Source: an uncultured delta proteobacterium (GTDB lineage Bacteria; Myxococcota_A; Polyangia; Polyangiales; Polyangiaceae). Taken from it: DNA of 64,000 nucleotides. The notes beneath the pieces were generated by a model. The model was not told where the DNA came from and made no database searches. It saw only the letters and a program-made list of their open reading frames with translations. The DNA is taken from positions 672,001 to 736,000 of the forward strand of contig CAVOKF010000008.1 in assembly GCA_963696385.1 (NCBI GenBank), read 5' to 3'. The stretch's first letter is position 1; each line of letters starts with the position of its first letter. Below, piece by piece: positions 25,663-34,005 of the stretch. A program made the position numbers and the translations under genes.

Positions 25663-25897
25663 GCGAACCCTCGAGTTTTCGTATGGGCAGCGCTTCCCCG
25701 TGAACGGCGACGCCCGCGATTCCGAGTGGTTGGCCGCCTGCATGGCGCAGACGCTTCAGCACGCCTCGTCTCGTGACGTCCCCAACACATCGGACGAACG
25801 AGCGCGGGACGTTTAGCAGGGTTATCGCGCCCTGTAAACGCGATCCAACACGGGCCGGCCGGCCGCGAACCGGCCCCCATCCGTTACAATGCCTTCC

Positions 25898-27241
25898 GTG
25901 GATGCGCGCACGCTCGACCGGATGTACGCCGGCCACGTAGACGACCTTCGACGCCGGTACGCCGAAGTGCTCGAGACCCAGGGGTGGGATGCCGTGGTGA
26001 TCCACTCGGGCGCGCTCGTGCCCCGAAGCGCGTTCGACGACCAGGTTTGGCCGCTCCGGGCCGTCCCGCACTGGCATCATTGGCTTCCGCTGACCGAACC
26101 CGACTTCGCGCTCGTCGTGCGGGCCGGAGCCAGGCCGACCCTTTTGCGGCTCGCGACCGCGAGCTTTTGGGAACAGTCGGCCCGTCCGGAGACCGAGGCT
26201 TTCCTCGAGGTCATGGACACCCTCGACGTCACGTCGCTCGAGCAGATGGCCCGCCATGTTCCGGCCGGGCGCGTCGCCTTCATCGGCGATCCGGCGGCCC
26301 GGGCAACCCTCTGGGGGATCGGCGGCGACGCCGTCTGCCCGGGACCGCTCGTAGGAGCCCTCGATGCGTTGCGGGTGGTCAAGACGCCCTACGAGGTGGC
26401 CTGCCTCTCGGAAGCCAATCGGCGCGCCCAGGCGGGCCACGATGCGCTGCGCCACGCCTTCGGCACCTCCGACGCTTCGGAGCTCGACCTGCATCTTTCG
26501 TACTTACGGGCCACGGCGCAAGACGACCCGGAGACTCCCTACAAGAACATCGTGGCGATGGGACCTAACGCGGCGACGTTGCACCACGTCGCGTACGCGC
26601 GCAGCCCGATCCGACGCGAAGCCGAGTCGCTGCTCGTGGACGCGGGTGCAAGCTGCCGAGGGTACGGCGCCGACGTGACACGGACGTGGATCAAGGGGCG
26701 CGGGGCCGCGGCCGAACTGTTTGGCCAGCTCGTGAAGGCCGTCGATGCCCTGCAGCGCGCGCTGTGCGACGCGGTCCGAGTGGGAATGCCCTACGAGCGA
26801 TTGCACGACGAAGCGCACGTGCGTTTGGCTACGATTCTGTGCGACATCGGTCTGGTCGTCGGATCGGCGGACGAGGCGGTCGGCCGGGGCGTCACGCGAG
26901 CCTTCTTGCCCCACGGCCTGGGCCATTCGCTCGGGCTGCAGACCCACGACGTGGGCTGCGCGCTGCGTCGGCCCCGCGGCGACAACCGGTTTCTCCGCAA
27001 CACGGCCGATATCGCGCCGGGCCAAGTCTTCACGATTGAACCCGGAGTGTACTTCATCGGCGCGTTGCTCGATCCGCTGCGCGGGTCGTCGCAGGGCGCC
27101 CTCGTGAACTGGAAGACGGTCGAGTTGCTCGCTCCGCTCGGCGGGGTGCGGATCGAAGACGACGTGCACGTCCTTGCCGCCGGCGCCCCCGTGCGCAACC
27201 TGACACGCGAGCACCTGCCGTTCGCGGGCGGCGATCCGTGA
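25898..27241 (+). CDS. pepQ: Xaa-Pro dipeptidase (prolidase, M24)
   Basis: PYKNIVA..NAATLH, LVDAGA, ADVTRT, PHGLGHSLGLQTHDVG, TIEPGVYF, GGVRIEDD; start GTG 25898 (alternative ATG 25889). Confidence 0.92.
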   Translation: MDARTLDRMYAGHVDDLRRRYAEVLETQGWDAVVIHSGALVPRSAFDDQVWPLRAVPHWHHWLPLTEPDFALVVRAGARPTLLRLATASFWEQSARPETEAFLEVMDTLDVTSLEQMARHVPAGRVAFIGDPAARATLWGIGGDAVCPGPLVGALDALRVVKTPYEVACLSEANRRAQAGHDALRHAFGTSDASELDLHLSYLRATAQDDPETPYKNIVAMGPNAATLHHVAYARSPIRREAESLLVDAGASCRGYGADVTRTWIKGRGAAAELFGQLVKAVDALQRALCDAVRVGMPYERLHDEAHVRLATILCDIGLVVGSADEAVGRGVTRAFLPHGLGHSLGLQTHDVGCALRRPRGDNRFLRNTADIAPGQVFTIEPGVYFIGALLDPLRGSSQGALVNWKTVELLAPLGGVRIEDDVHVLAAGAPVRNLTREHLPFAGGDP

Positions 27242-27263
27242 CCGACCGCCGCAGACTGCCGGG

Positions 27264-28310
27264 TCAGCCGATCGGGGCGCTCACTTCGAGATCCTTCAGG
27301 ATCCCGGCGACCGCGTCGTAGAGGCTTTCGGCAATCGGGTCGCCCGCCTCGATTTCGACGAGCCTGCGGGCGACCGGGGCGTCGACGACGACCGGCACAC
27401 CCGCGTCGCGGGCGACCTTGGCGATGCGCGCCGCGAGGTCCCCCTGCCCGGTCGCCAGGACGATGGGCACCTCGTCGCCTCGGGCAACGTCGTAGCGTAG
27501 CGCGCAGGCGAGCTGCGGCGGGTCCATGACGACGACGACGGTGGCGTCGCTCGCGCTCGCGGCCGTCGCTTGGGCCAGCATCTCGTGGTGGGCGCGTTTG
27601 CGCTCGGCCTTCACCTGGGGATCGCCCTCGGCTTGCCGCTGCTCGCGGCGTGCCTCGCTCCGGGTCATCCGCAGCCGCTGCCACCAGGCGCGCCTCGTCA
27701 CGACGACGTCGACGACGGCCAGAAGCAGCCCGACGATCGCCGCCCGTCGCGCCAACCCCCCGGCCGCATCCGAGACCACGACCGGGATCCATGCGGGGCG
27801 ACCCGCGACACGGGCCCAGTCGACGACATGGCTGCGCACGGCGTCGATGGTGAGCCAACCGACGAGGAGGCAGGCCGCCAGCGATCGCGCGACCGCGAAC
27901 AGGCGCGGCCCCGACACGAGGGCGCGAGCCCCGGCCAGCGGATCGAGGCGGCCGATTCGAGGCGCGATCCGGCTCGTGGCGAGGACGCCTCCGGTCTGGA
28001 CGACTTGCACGACGACGGCCGTGGCGCCGACCGCGACGAGCATCGGCAGCGACAGCGATAAAATTCGGGGGCCCAGGCCCTCTGCGTCGACGCCGAGGTC
28101 GACGCCACCGTGAACCGATGCGGCGCGCGCGATGGCGGCGCGCAGGTCGGCCGTCGCAAGCGCGGCCAACGAGCGAATGACGCGAGGGGCCACGGCGACG
28201 GCGACGACGAACGCGACGGCCTGCCCGGCGTAGGCGCTCACGCCGGAGTCGCCCCGCTCGCGCGCCCTGCGCAAACGCCGTGGGGTCGGAGGCTCGGTCT
28301 TGTCGCTCAC
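27264..28310 (-). CDS. FlhB/EscU/YscU family type III export switch-like protein (atypical)
   Basis: N-term SDKTEPPTPRRLRRARERG, 4 hydrophobic segments, RMTRSEARREQRQAEGDPQVK, C-domain ALRY..P.VLATG.G..A.RI...IAESLYDAVA; NPTH replaced by DPPQ. Confidence 0.88.
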   Translation of the reverse strand: MSDKTEPPTPRRLRRARERGDSGVSAYAGQAVAFVVAVAVAPRVIRSLAALATADLRAAIARAASVHGGVDLGVDAEGLGPRILSLSLPMLVAVGATAVVVQVVQTGGVLATSRIAPRIGRLDPLAGARALVSGPRLFAVARSLAACLLVGWLTIDAVRSHVVDWARVAGRPAWIPVVVSDAAGGLARRAAIVGLLLAVVDVVVTRRAWWQRLRMTRSEARREQRQAEGDPQVKAERKRAHHEMLAQATAASASDATVVVVMDPPQLACALRYDVARGDEVPIVLATGQGDLAARIAKVARDAGVPVVVDAPVARRLVEIEAGDPIAESLYDAVAGILKDLEVSAPIG

Positions 28311-29308
28311 CGCTTGCCGACGACAGCGTACAAGGCCTCGAGCACTTCGCGCACCCCCTCGCCGGTCGCCGCCGAGACCCGTTTCAAGTCGATGCCGCGG
28401 CGCGCCAGCTTGCGCTTGGCTTTCACCCACTGCGCGCGCACGTCGGGCAAGTCGGCTTTGCTCATGGCGACGACCTGCGGCCGCTTCGCGAGATCCGGAT
28501 CGAACCGCGCCAGCTCGGCGTTGATCGTATCGAAGTCGCGAACGGGGTCGCGCCCCTCGCCGGGGTCCACGGTGATCAAGTGCAGCAGCACACGCGTCCG
28601 CTCGACGTGCTTGAGAAAGCGCGCGCCGAGGCCCGCACCTTGCGCCGCGCCCGGAATGAGACCGGGGATGTCCGCAATGACGAAGCTCGCGTCGGCGTCG
28701 AAGGCGACGACGCCCAGATGCGGCACGAGCGTCGTGAACGGGTAGTCGGCCACGACGGGGCGAGCGCGCGAAACGGCGCGGATGAACGTGCTCTTGCCGA
28801 CGTTCGGAAAGCCCAACAAGCCGACGTCGGCCATGACCTTGAGCTCGAGCCTCAGGGTCATCTCTTCGCCCACCCCACCCGGCTCCGCGCGGCGGGGGGC
28901 CCGATCGAACGACGTCGCAAAATGAATGTTACCGCGGCCGCCCCGGCCGCCGCGCACCACGACGACCGGCACGTCGGCGGCCACGACGTCGAACCGAAGG
29001 GCGTTCGATTCGGCGTCGAAGCCCTGGGTTCCGATGGGAACGCGCACGACGAGGTCTTTGCCGGCCTTGCCGTATTGGTCCTTGCCCCGGCCGTGCTCGC
29101 CGCGGTCGGCGACCAGCCGGTGCGACATCGCCACGTCGAGCAGCGTGGCCTTGCCGGGGTCGCCGACGAAGACGACGTCGCCGCCCTTTCCCCCGTCGCC
29201 GCCCGCGGGGCCCCCGTGCGGGATGTATTTCTCGCGTCGAAAGGCGACGCAGCCGTTGCCCCCGTTGCCAGCGACGACCTTGACCTGGCAGGAGTCGACG
29301 AATTTCAC
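28307..29308 (-). CDS. obgE: GTPase ObgE/CgtA
   Basis: KFVD..GNGGNG..FRREKYIP.GGP.GGDGGKGG; GLLGFPNVGKST; YPFTT; DIPG; FLKHVER. Confidence 0.96.
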   Translation of the reverse strand: MKFVDSCQVKVVAGNGGNGCVAFRREKYIPHGGPAGGDGGKGGDVVFVGDPGKATLLDVAMSHRLVADRGEHGRGKDQYGKAGKDLVVRVPIGTQGFDAESNALRFDVVAADVPVVVVRGGRGGRGNIHFATSFDRAPRRAEPGGVGEEMTLRLELKVMADVGLLGFPNVGKSTFIRAVSRARPVVADYPFTTLVPHLGVVAFDADASFVIADIPGLIPGAAQGAGLGARFLKHVERTRVLLHLITVDPGEGRDPVRDFDTINAELARFDPDLAKRPQVVAMSKADLPDVRAQWVKAKRKLARRGIDLKRVSAATGEGVREVLEALYAVVGKR

Positions 29309-29361
29309 GGCCCTGTGGCGCCGCTCTGTAGCACACGCCTCAAGGAGGGCCGGGATCGCGA

Positions 29362-29398
29362 GCCGGGACCGAAGCCGCCGGCAAGGCGGCTTCCCGGC
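29362..29398. terminator. Strong stem-loop between the Spy-like gene and obgE
   Basis: GAAGCCGCC-ggcaa-GGCGGCTTC perfect 9-bp stem with outer GCCGGG/CCCGGC; no U-tract. Confidence 0.4.
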
Positions 29399-29407
29399 AG
29401 CGGCCCG

Positions 29408-29944
29408 TCACATGCTCAGAGCGCCCGTCCGCAGCAGATAGGCGAGCTTGGCGCGCTGATTGGCCTTGAGCAAGGCGTGGATACGCGCGAGCGCTCGGGC
29501 CACGGCAGATTGCACGCGCTCGGTGCTCTTCACGCGTTCGTCGGCCGCGGCTTTCGCCTTCGCCTCGTCGAATGTGTCGCCCGATACGGCATCGGCGAAG
29601 GACGACGTCGTCCTACGATGATCGACCGCGGCTTGGGCACGCTCGGTCTTGAGCTCGTCCAAGATTCCCGCGAGGCCGGTCACCTGCGCTTCGTCGAGGC
29701 CTAGCTTGAACGCGAGAAAGCGCAGCGGACGTCGCACGCCGAAGCCACCGCCGCCGAACTCGTCGCTTCCGGCACCGGAGCCATCGCCACCGCCGGACGG
29801 ACCCCCATGCCAGCCCCCACCGCCGGACGGACCCCCATGCCAGCCCCAATGCGTACCGTCATGGCCGGGCTCGTGCGGACCGCACGACCCATGAGACCCA
29901 CACCCGCGACCACGCCACCAACCAAACATTCCAGGATGCATCAC
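29408..29944 (-). CDS. Spy/CpxP-like helical protein with Gly/His/Trp-rich N-terminus
   Basis: KLGLDEAQ...IHALLKANQRAKL resembles LTxxQ-type repeats; 30-bp tandem duplication encoding GWHGGPSGGG. Confidence 0.72.
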   Translation of the reverse strand: MMHPGMFGWWRGRGCGSHGSCGPHEPGHDGTHWGWHGGPSGGGGWHGGPSGGGDGSGAGSDEFGGGGFGVRRPLRFLAFKLGLDEAQVTGLAGILDELKTERAQAAVDHRRTTSSFADAVSGDTFDEAKAKAAADERVKSTERVQSAVARALARIHALLKANQRAKLAYLLRTGALSM

Positions 29945-30040
29945 AGACCTCCTCGCCGGGGCTCATCGCTCCCAGCGGGCGTTTCCGCACGCGGCAACGT
30001 GCCACGCGTGGACGCGGGCTCTACGCGCCGCGCACTCGAC

Positions 30041-30068
30041 AGTGTGTGTCCGGCCTCCAGCCTGTCAA
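30041..30068 (-). promoter_or_regulatory. Putative sigma70-type promoter for the Spy-like gene
   Basis: Minus strand TTGACA-N16-CACACT. Confidence 0.45.
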
Positions 30069-30074
30069 CGGGGA

Positions 30075-30175
30075 GTCGAGGTCGGGGTCGGGGTGGTCGC
30101 CGTCGGGGTCGAGGTCGAGGTCGGGGTCGGGGTGTCGGCGTCGCGGTCGAGGTTAGGTCGGGGTCGGGGTCGGGG
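30075..30175. repeat. Degenerate GTCG(G/A/C)G hexamer tract, G-run rich
   Basis: gtcgag gtcggg gtcggg ... gtcggg gtcggg; same motif as the 14741 tract. Confidence 0.85.
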
Positions 30176-30447
30176 TGGCTTTGCCTAGAAAACCCCCTCC
30201 TGCCCGAGAAGCGCTCCGCTTTCTTCGGTCGCGCATGGGCGGCTGGGCGCCGGTCTCGAAAATGCTCCGCTTCAAGGACACGTCGCTGTCGGCCATCGCC
30301 ACCGGCCACAAGCCGGTGAGCACGACGTTGGTCCTCAGGATCGCGAAGTTCGTGAAGGTCGGCGTCGACGACCTGCTGACCGGCACGTTCCCGGCGCCCG
30401 GGGCGTGCCCCATGTGCGGCCATCGCCCGTCCGAGGTCGCACCATGA
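30175..30447 (+). CDS. Small XRE-like HTH protein with C-terminal CPxCG (possibly N-truncated remnant)
   Basis: ALRFLRSRMGGWAPVSKMLRFKDTSLSAIATG.KPVS...RIAKFVKVGVDDLL; CPMCGH; starts exactly at the end of the repeat tract, no RBS. Confidence 0.6.
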   Translation: MALPRKPPPAREALRFLRSRMGGWAPVSKMLRFKDTSLSAIATGHKPVSTTLVLRIAKFVKVGVDDLLTGTFPAPGACPMCGHRPSEVAP

Positions 30448-30578
30448 GCCGTCCTGCTGTCCCTTCAGCTCTCGCTCGATCAGGCGAGGCCCCCGTGAAG
30501 CGAGTTGCACCGGCAGCGGGGCCCGTTCCAAAAGCGACCGAGGCGAGAGGCCCTAGGCAGGCGGTCAAGCTCTGCCGT

Positions 30579-30770
30579 TTAGTCCGCCTCGTCCTCGACG
30601 TCGATGTAGGCGTCGCTGCCGCAGACCTCAGGGCCTTCACCAAGTTCGAGGTACGCTCGCTCCGTGAGGGGCTGAATTCGAGCAGCCGCCTCGCAAGCGC
30701 GCCTCGCGAAGTCCTCGCCCGCGAGCGCGACCAATTCGGCTTGGATGGGGCGGGGGGGAAACGCACTCAC
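30579..30770 (-). CDS. Small acidic hypothetical protein (63 aa)
   Basis: GTG start overlaps upstream TGA (GTGA); GAGGA SD-like just upstream; acidic tail YIDVEDEAD. Confidence 0.5.
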   Translation of the reverse strand: MSAFPPRPIQAELVALAGEDFARRACEAAARIQPLTERAYLELGEGPEVCGSDAYIDVEDEAD

Positions 30771-31324
30771 GGAGGTGTCCTCTCACAATGGTTGTAGCGC
30801 ATGGGGGATACCCGCGCCACGTAAGTGAACGGTCGAGTCATCGCCCGCAACGCGTGAACCACATGGGGCGCTGGGTCCACTACGCGCAAGTACCGCGAAA
30901 GATAAGCCTGGCCGAGGACGCTGCCAAACTCAATCGCAACGGGGATGATCCAGCGCCTAAGCGGATGAGGTCCAGGGAAACCTTCGATCATGTCGATCCG
31001 GACAACTGAACGGCCGTGACTGACGCGACCGACGGCCAGCCCGACCACCGCACCCTGAATGTGGATCGCTAGCTCATAGCGGCACGGACGGTGGGCGAAT
31101 CGTTGCTGAAGCGCGGACCAATCCCAGGTCACCTGTCGTTGTGGGTGGTCGCGCCAATACCCCGCCCATGAGGCGAGCGCTGCGTGGTCGATGGGCCCCA
31201 ACGTGATGGGGGACGGGAAAGGTCGAGCGCCGGTGGGCACCGGCAGAGATCCGCCGTTGAACATGTTCTCGGTCGTGATGCGCGCGATCTGACGCTCAGC
31301 CTCGCGTTGGCTATATGGAGTCAC
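30767..31324 (-). CDS. Hypothetical protein, GNAT-like fold suspected
   Basis: WDW...RPCRYELAI...VGLAVGR.S.GRSVVRIDMIEG.P..HPL pattern recalls uncharacterised N-acetyltransferase-like proteins; codon usage less GC3-biased than neighbours; start uncertain. Confidence 0.55.
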   Translation of the reverse strand: MTPYSQREAERQIARITTENMFNGGSLPVPTGARPFPSPITLGPIDHAALASWAGYWRDHPQRQVTWDWSALQQRFAHRPCRYELAIHIQGAVVGLAVGRVSHGRSVVRIDMIEGFPGPHPLRRWIIPVAIEFGSVLGQAYLSRYLRVVDPAPHVVHALRAMTRPFTYVARVSPMRYNHCERTPP

Positions 31325-31436
31325 GGCGGGCGGTGGCCACTCGCACGAGGGTAGCCCCGTGCGAGGTTTCACGACAAGGAGGCCGATCTTAGGCGTGTTG
31401 GAACCGGGCTCAACGCTTCCGTCCGGGCGGAAGCCG

Positions 31437-31460
31437 GTCGGGGGTCGGGGTCGCGGTCGG
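31437..31460. repeat. Short GTCGGG/GTCGCG tract closing the islet
   Basis: gtcgggggtcggggtcgcggtcgg, same orientation as the 30075 tract. Confidence 0.65.
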
Positions 31461-31463
31461 ATT

Positions 31464-32801
31464 CTAGTGCGCTGAGGTTGGCGGGGGACCCAGATGGGCC
31501 CGCGACTCGTGGAGCGTGACGGTGAGCGCAGCCGCGCCAAGAAGGGCGAGCGAGATCGCGACGAGGACGGCGATTCGGGACTTGGGTCGGCGCGGCACGA
31601 CCGTGTCGGCTTCCCGTTCCGTTCGCTCGCGATCCACCGCCGCCGGCGCCATCGCAATGCCTTGCTGCTTGGCCAGAGCGGTCAGTAGGTCGGCATGCGC
31701 CACGAGACCGAGGTCGAGCAAGACACGACCGAGCAGCTTGTCGCCGCTACGCTGTTCCTTGAGCGCGCGCTGCAGGCTTTCTTGGGTGAGCAGGCCATCC
31801 GCGACGAGAATTTCTCCGAGCCGACTGCGTGGACGCTGCCCCTCGGCGGCCCACGAGGCCTTTTGGGCGGGACCGAACGGCGCGAGTGCTTCGGAAAGCT
31901 CGCGCATGCTCTGGAAGCGTTCGTCCGGGTCGCGTTTGAGCGCCCGCATCACGATACGCGCAACCTCCACCGGCAGGTCGGGACGCACGTCGAGGGGCCA
32001 GGGAATGGGGTCGGTCATCACCCGGGCGATGACCGACGTCAGGGTGCCGATAAAAGGCGGATGGCCCGTCAAAAGCTCGTAGAAAACAATCCCGAGCGAC
32101 CAGATGTCGCTCCGCTGATCCGCCTCGTCGGCGGAACGAAGCTGCTCGGGCGCGGCGTAGCACGGCGTTCCGAAGTATTGACCCGCTTGGGTGAGCCGCG
32201 AGGTCCTCGCGTCGTCGTCCTCCGCCGTCTTCGAGATGCCAAAATCGAGGACCTTGACGAGCTCGCGGTCGCCGACCCGGCACATGAAGAGGTTCGCAGG
32301 CTTCAGGTCCCGGTGGATGATGCCGAGCGCGTGGGCCTCCTGCATGGCATCGGCGACCTGTACGACGATGTCGACGGCGCGCTCGACGGACATCGTTCCG
32401 ACCGTGGGAAGGGTCGCGTCGAGATCGGCGCCCTCCAGAAACTCCATGACGATGTAGGGAAGGCCGCTCGGCAGGGTGTCGACATCGACGATGCGTGCGG
32501 TGTGAATCGACCGCAGCTGCGCCGTCGCGCGCGCCTCGCGCTCGAAGCGGGTGAGGACTTCCTCGAAATCGGGGATGCCGGCGCGAAGCACTTTGATGGC
32601 GAGCCGCTGGCGGAGTCTCAGGTGCACCGCCTCGTACACGACGGCCATTCCGCCCTCTCCGAGCCAGCGCACCACCTGGTACTTGCCCGCGATCGTATCG
32701 CCGGGCGTCGGCATCCCGGGATGATCGGAAGGAACCTTGGCCTTAGGCAGCGGCCGCGGACCCGGCGCACTCAACGACTGGGCGGCGCCGGATTTCTTCA
32801 T
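31464..32801 (-). CDS. Ser/Thr protein kinase with MshEN-like tandem motif and C-terminal TM helix
   Basis: LGEGGMAVV, LAIK, HRDLKPAN, VLDFGISK, YAAPEQ, SDIWSLG; RLGEILVADGLL...Q tandem motif; TM IAVLVAISLALLGAAALTV. Confidence 0.92.
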   Translation of the reverse strand: MKKSGAAQSLSAPGPRPLPKAKVPSDHPGMPTPGDTIAGKYQVVRWLGEGGMAVVYEAVHLRLRQRLAIKVLRAGIPDFEEVLTRFEREARATAQLRSIHTARIVDVDTLPSGLPYIVMEFLEGADLDATLPTVGTMSVERAVDIVVQVADAMQEAHALGIIHRDLKPANLFMCRVGDRELVKVLDFGISKTAEDDDARTSRLTQAGQYFGTPCYAAPEQLRSADEADQRSDIWSLGIVFYELLTGHPPFIGTLTSVIARVMTDPIPWPLDVRPDLPVEVARIVMRALKRDPDERFQSMRELSEALAPFGPAQKASWAAEGQRPRSRLGEILVADGLLTQESLQRALKEQRSGDKLLGRVLLDLGLVAHADLLTALAKQQGIAMAPAAVDRERTEREADTVVPRRPKSRIAVLVAISLALLGAAALTVTLHESRAHLGPPPTSAH

Positions 32802-32947
32802 GACACCAATTGTTACGTACGGAACCAACGGCGCTTGTCTTAAGCGACGCCGTCGGCGGCGACCGCGTCTCGCCTTGGGGGGCAGCCGAGCCGATGGAGG
32901 TCTAGAGGTGATACCTCGCACCCGCGTGCTACGTTGCAGGTCCTGCC

Positions 32948-33649
32948 ATGGGCATCTTCGATCGCATGGGAAAGGTGATTCAAAGCAATTTGAACTCACT
33001 GCTCGACCGGGCGGAGGACGACAAAAAGCTCATCGACCTCAACCTCGACGACATGGACGCTCAGATCAAGGCGGGCCACCAAGAGGTCGTTCAAGCCGTC
33101 GCCGCAGAGAAACAGCTGCGCAAGAAGTGCGATGAGCTTTCGGCCGACGTGGCGCGTTGGGACAAGCGCGCCGAACTCGCTCTGAAGAGCGGCGACGAAG
33201 CGCTCGCGCGCGAGGCGCTCAAGCAGAAGAAGCGCGTGGCGGGCGAGCTCGAGACGGCCGATCGCGTGCGCACCGAACAACGCGACGCCGCGCTGCGAAT
33301 GAAGGGGGAGCTCGAACGCATGAAGTCGAGACTCGCCGAGCTGCGGTTGCGAAAAGGGACCATCGTCGCGCGCGCGACGCAAGCGCACGGCGGCGTGGGG
33401 GCCGATCAGCTCGGCGCGAAGAGAACGGGATCGAGTGCTTTCGACAACTTTCGGCGCATGGAAGAAAAAATCGAAGGGCGCGAAGCCGAAGGCGCGGCGA
33501 TGGCCGAAGTCGACAGCGCTCTCGGCCGCGGTTCCAGCGCCGACGACGTCGAGGCGAAATTCCGCGAACTGGAAGCGCGCGTCGGTGGCGGCGCGTCCTC
33601 GGACGTCGACGACGAACTCGCAGCGCTCAAAAAGCGCATCCGCGTCTGA
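32948..33649 (+). CDS. pspA: PspA/IM30 family protein
   Basis: MGIFDRMGKVIQSNLNSLLDRAED, GDEALAREAL, AFDNFRRMEEKI, VDDELAALK; coiled coil. Confidence 0.92.
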   Translation: MGIFDRMGKVIQSNLNSLLDRAEDDKKLIDLNLDDMDAQIKAGHQEVVQAVAAEKQLRKKCDELSADVARWDKRAELALKSGDEALAREALKQKKRVAGELETADRVRTEQRDAALRMKGELERMKSRLAELRLRKGTIVARATQAHGGVGADQLGAKRTGSSAFDNFRRMEEKIEGREAEGAAMAEVDSALGRGSSADDVEAKFRELEARVGGGASSDVDDELAALKKRIRV

Positions 33650-33666
33650 AGCGCAGGCTAACCGGT

Positions 33667-33989
33667 TCGAAACCAAACTGCGGGCTTGGGGCTGGAGAGC
33701 TCGAGGGGAGAGCCTCTCCCCTCGACTCCACGAGCGTGCCGGGCCCGCCGAGGGGAGCCCGAAGGGCGGACCGAGGCTCAGGGTGATCCGAGTCCCTCGA
33801 AACCCGACCGAGTCCCTCGAGACCCAATCCCCCTAGAAACCAAACTCCGGGCTGGGGAGCTCGAGGGGAGAGCCTCTCCCCTCGACTCCACGAGCGTGCC
33901 GGGCCCGCCGAGGGGAGCCCGAAGGACCGAGGCTCAGGGTGATCCGAGCCCCTCGAGACCACAGGCTGATCCGAGTCCCTCGAAACCAA
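33667..33989. repeat. Duplicated ~130-bp palindromic element (REP/MITE-like)
   Basis: Copies 33669-33804 and 33836-33960 nearly identical; 11-bp stem TCGAGGGGAGA-gcc-TCTCCCCTCGA in each; 17-mer CCGAGYCCCTCGARACC x4; TCGAAACCAA at both ends. Confidence 0.9.
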
Positions 33990-34005
33990 GTTATACTTAC
34001 GGGTT

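Noticed and set aside
33664..33674. GGTTCGAAACC, similar to a tRNA T-loop
   Set aside because: No acceptor, D or anticodon arms can be built around it
33788..33987. Four 17-mers ending in GAAAC/GAGAC that look like CRISPR repeats
   Set aside because: Spacings are 3, 119 and 10 nt, the long spacer is itself duplicated, and there are no cas genes
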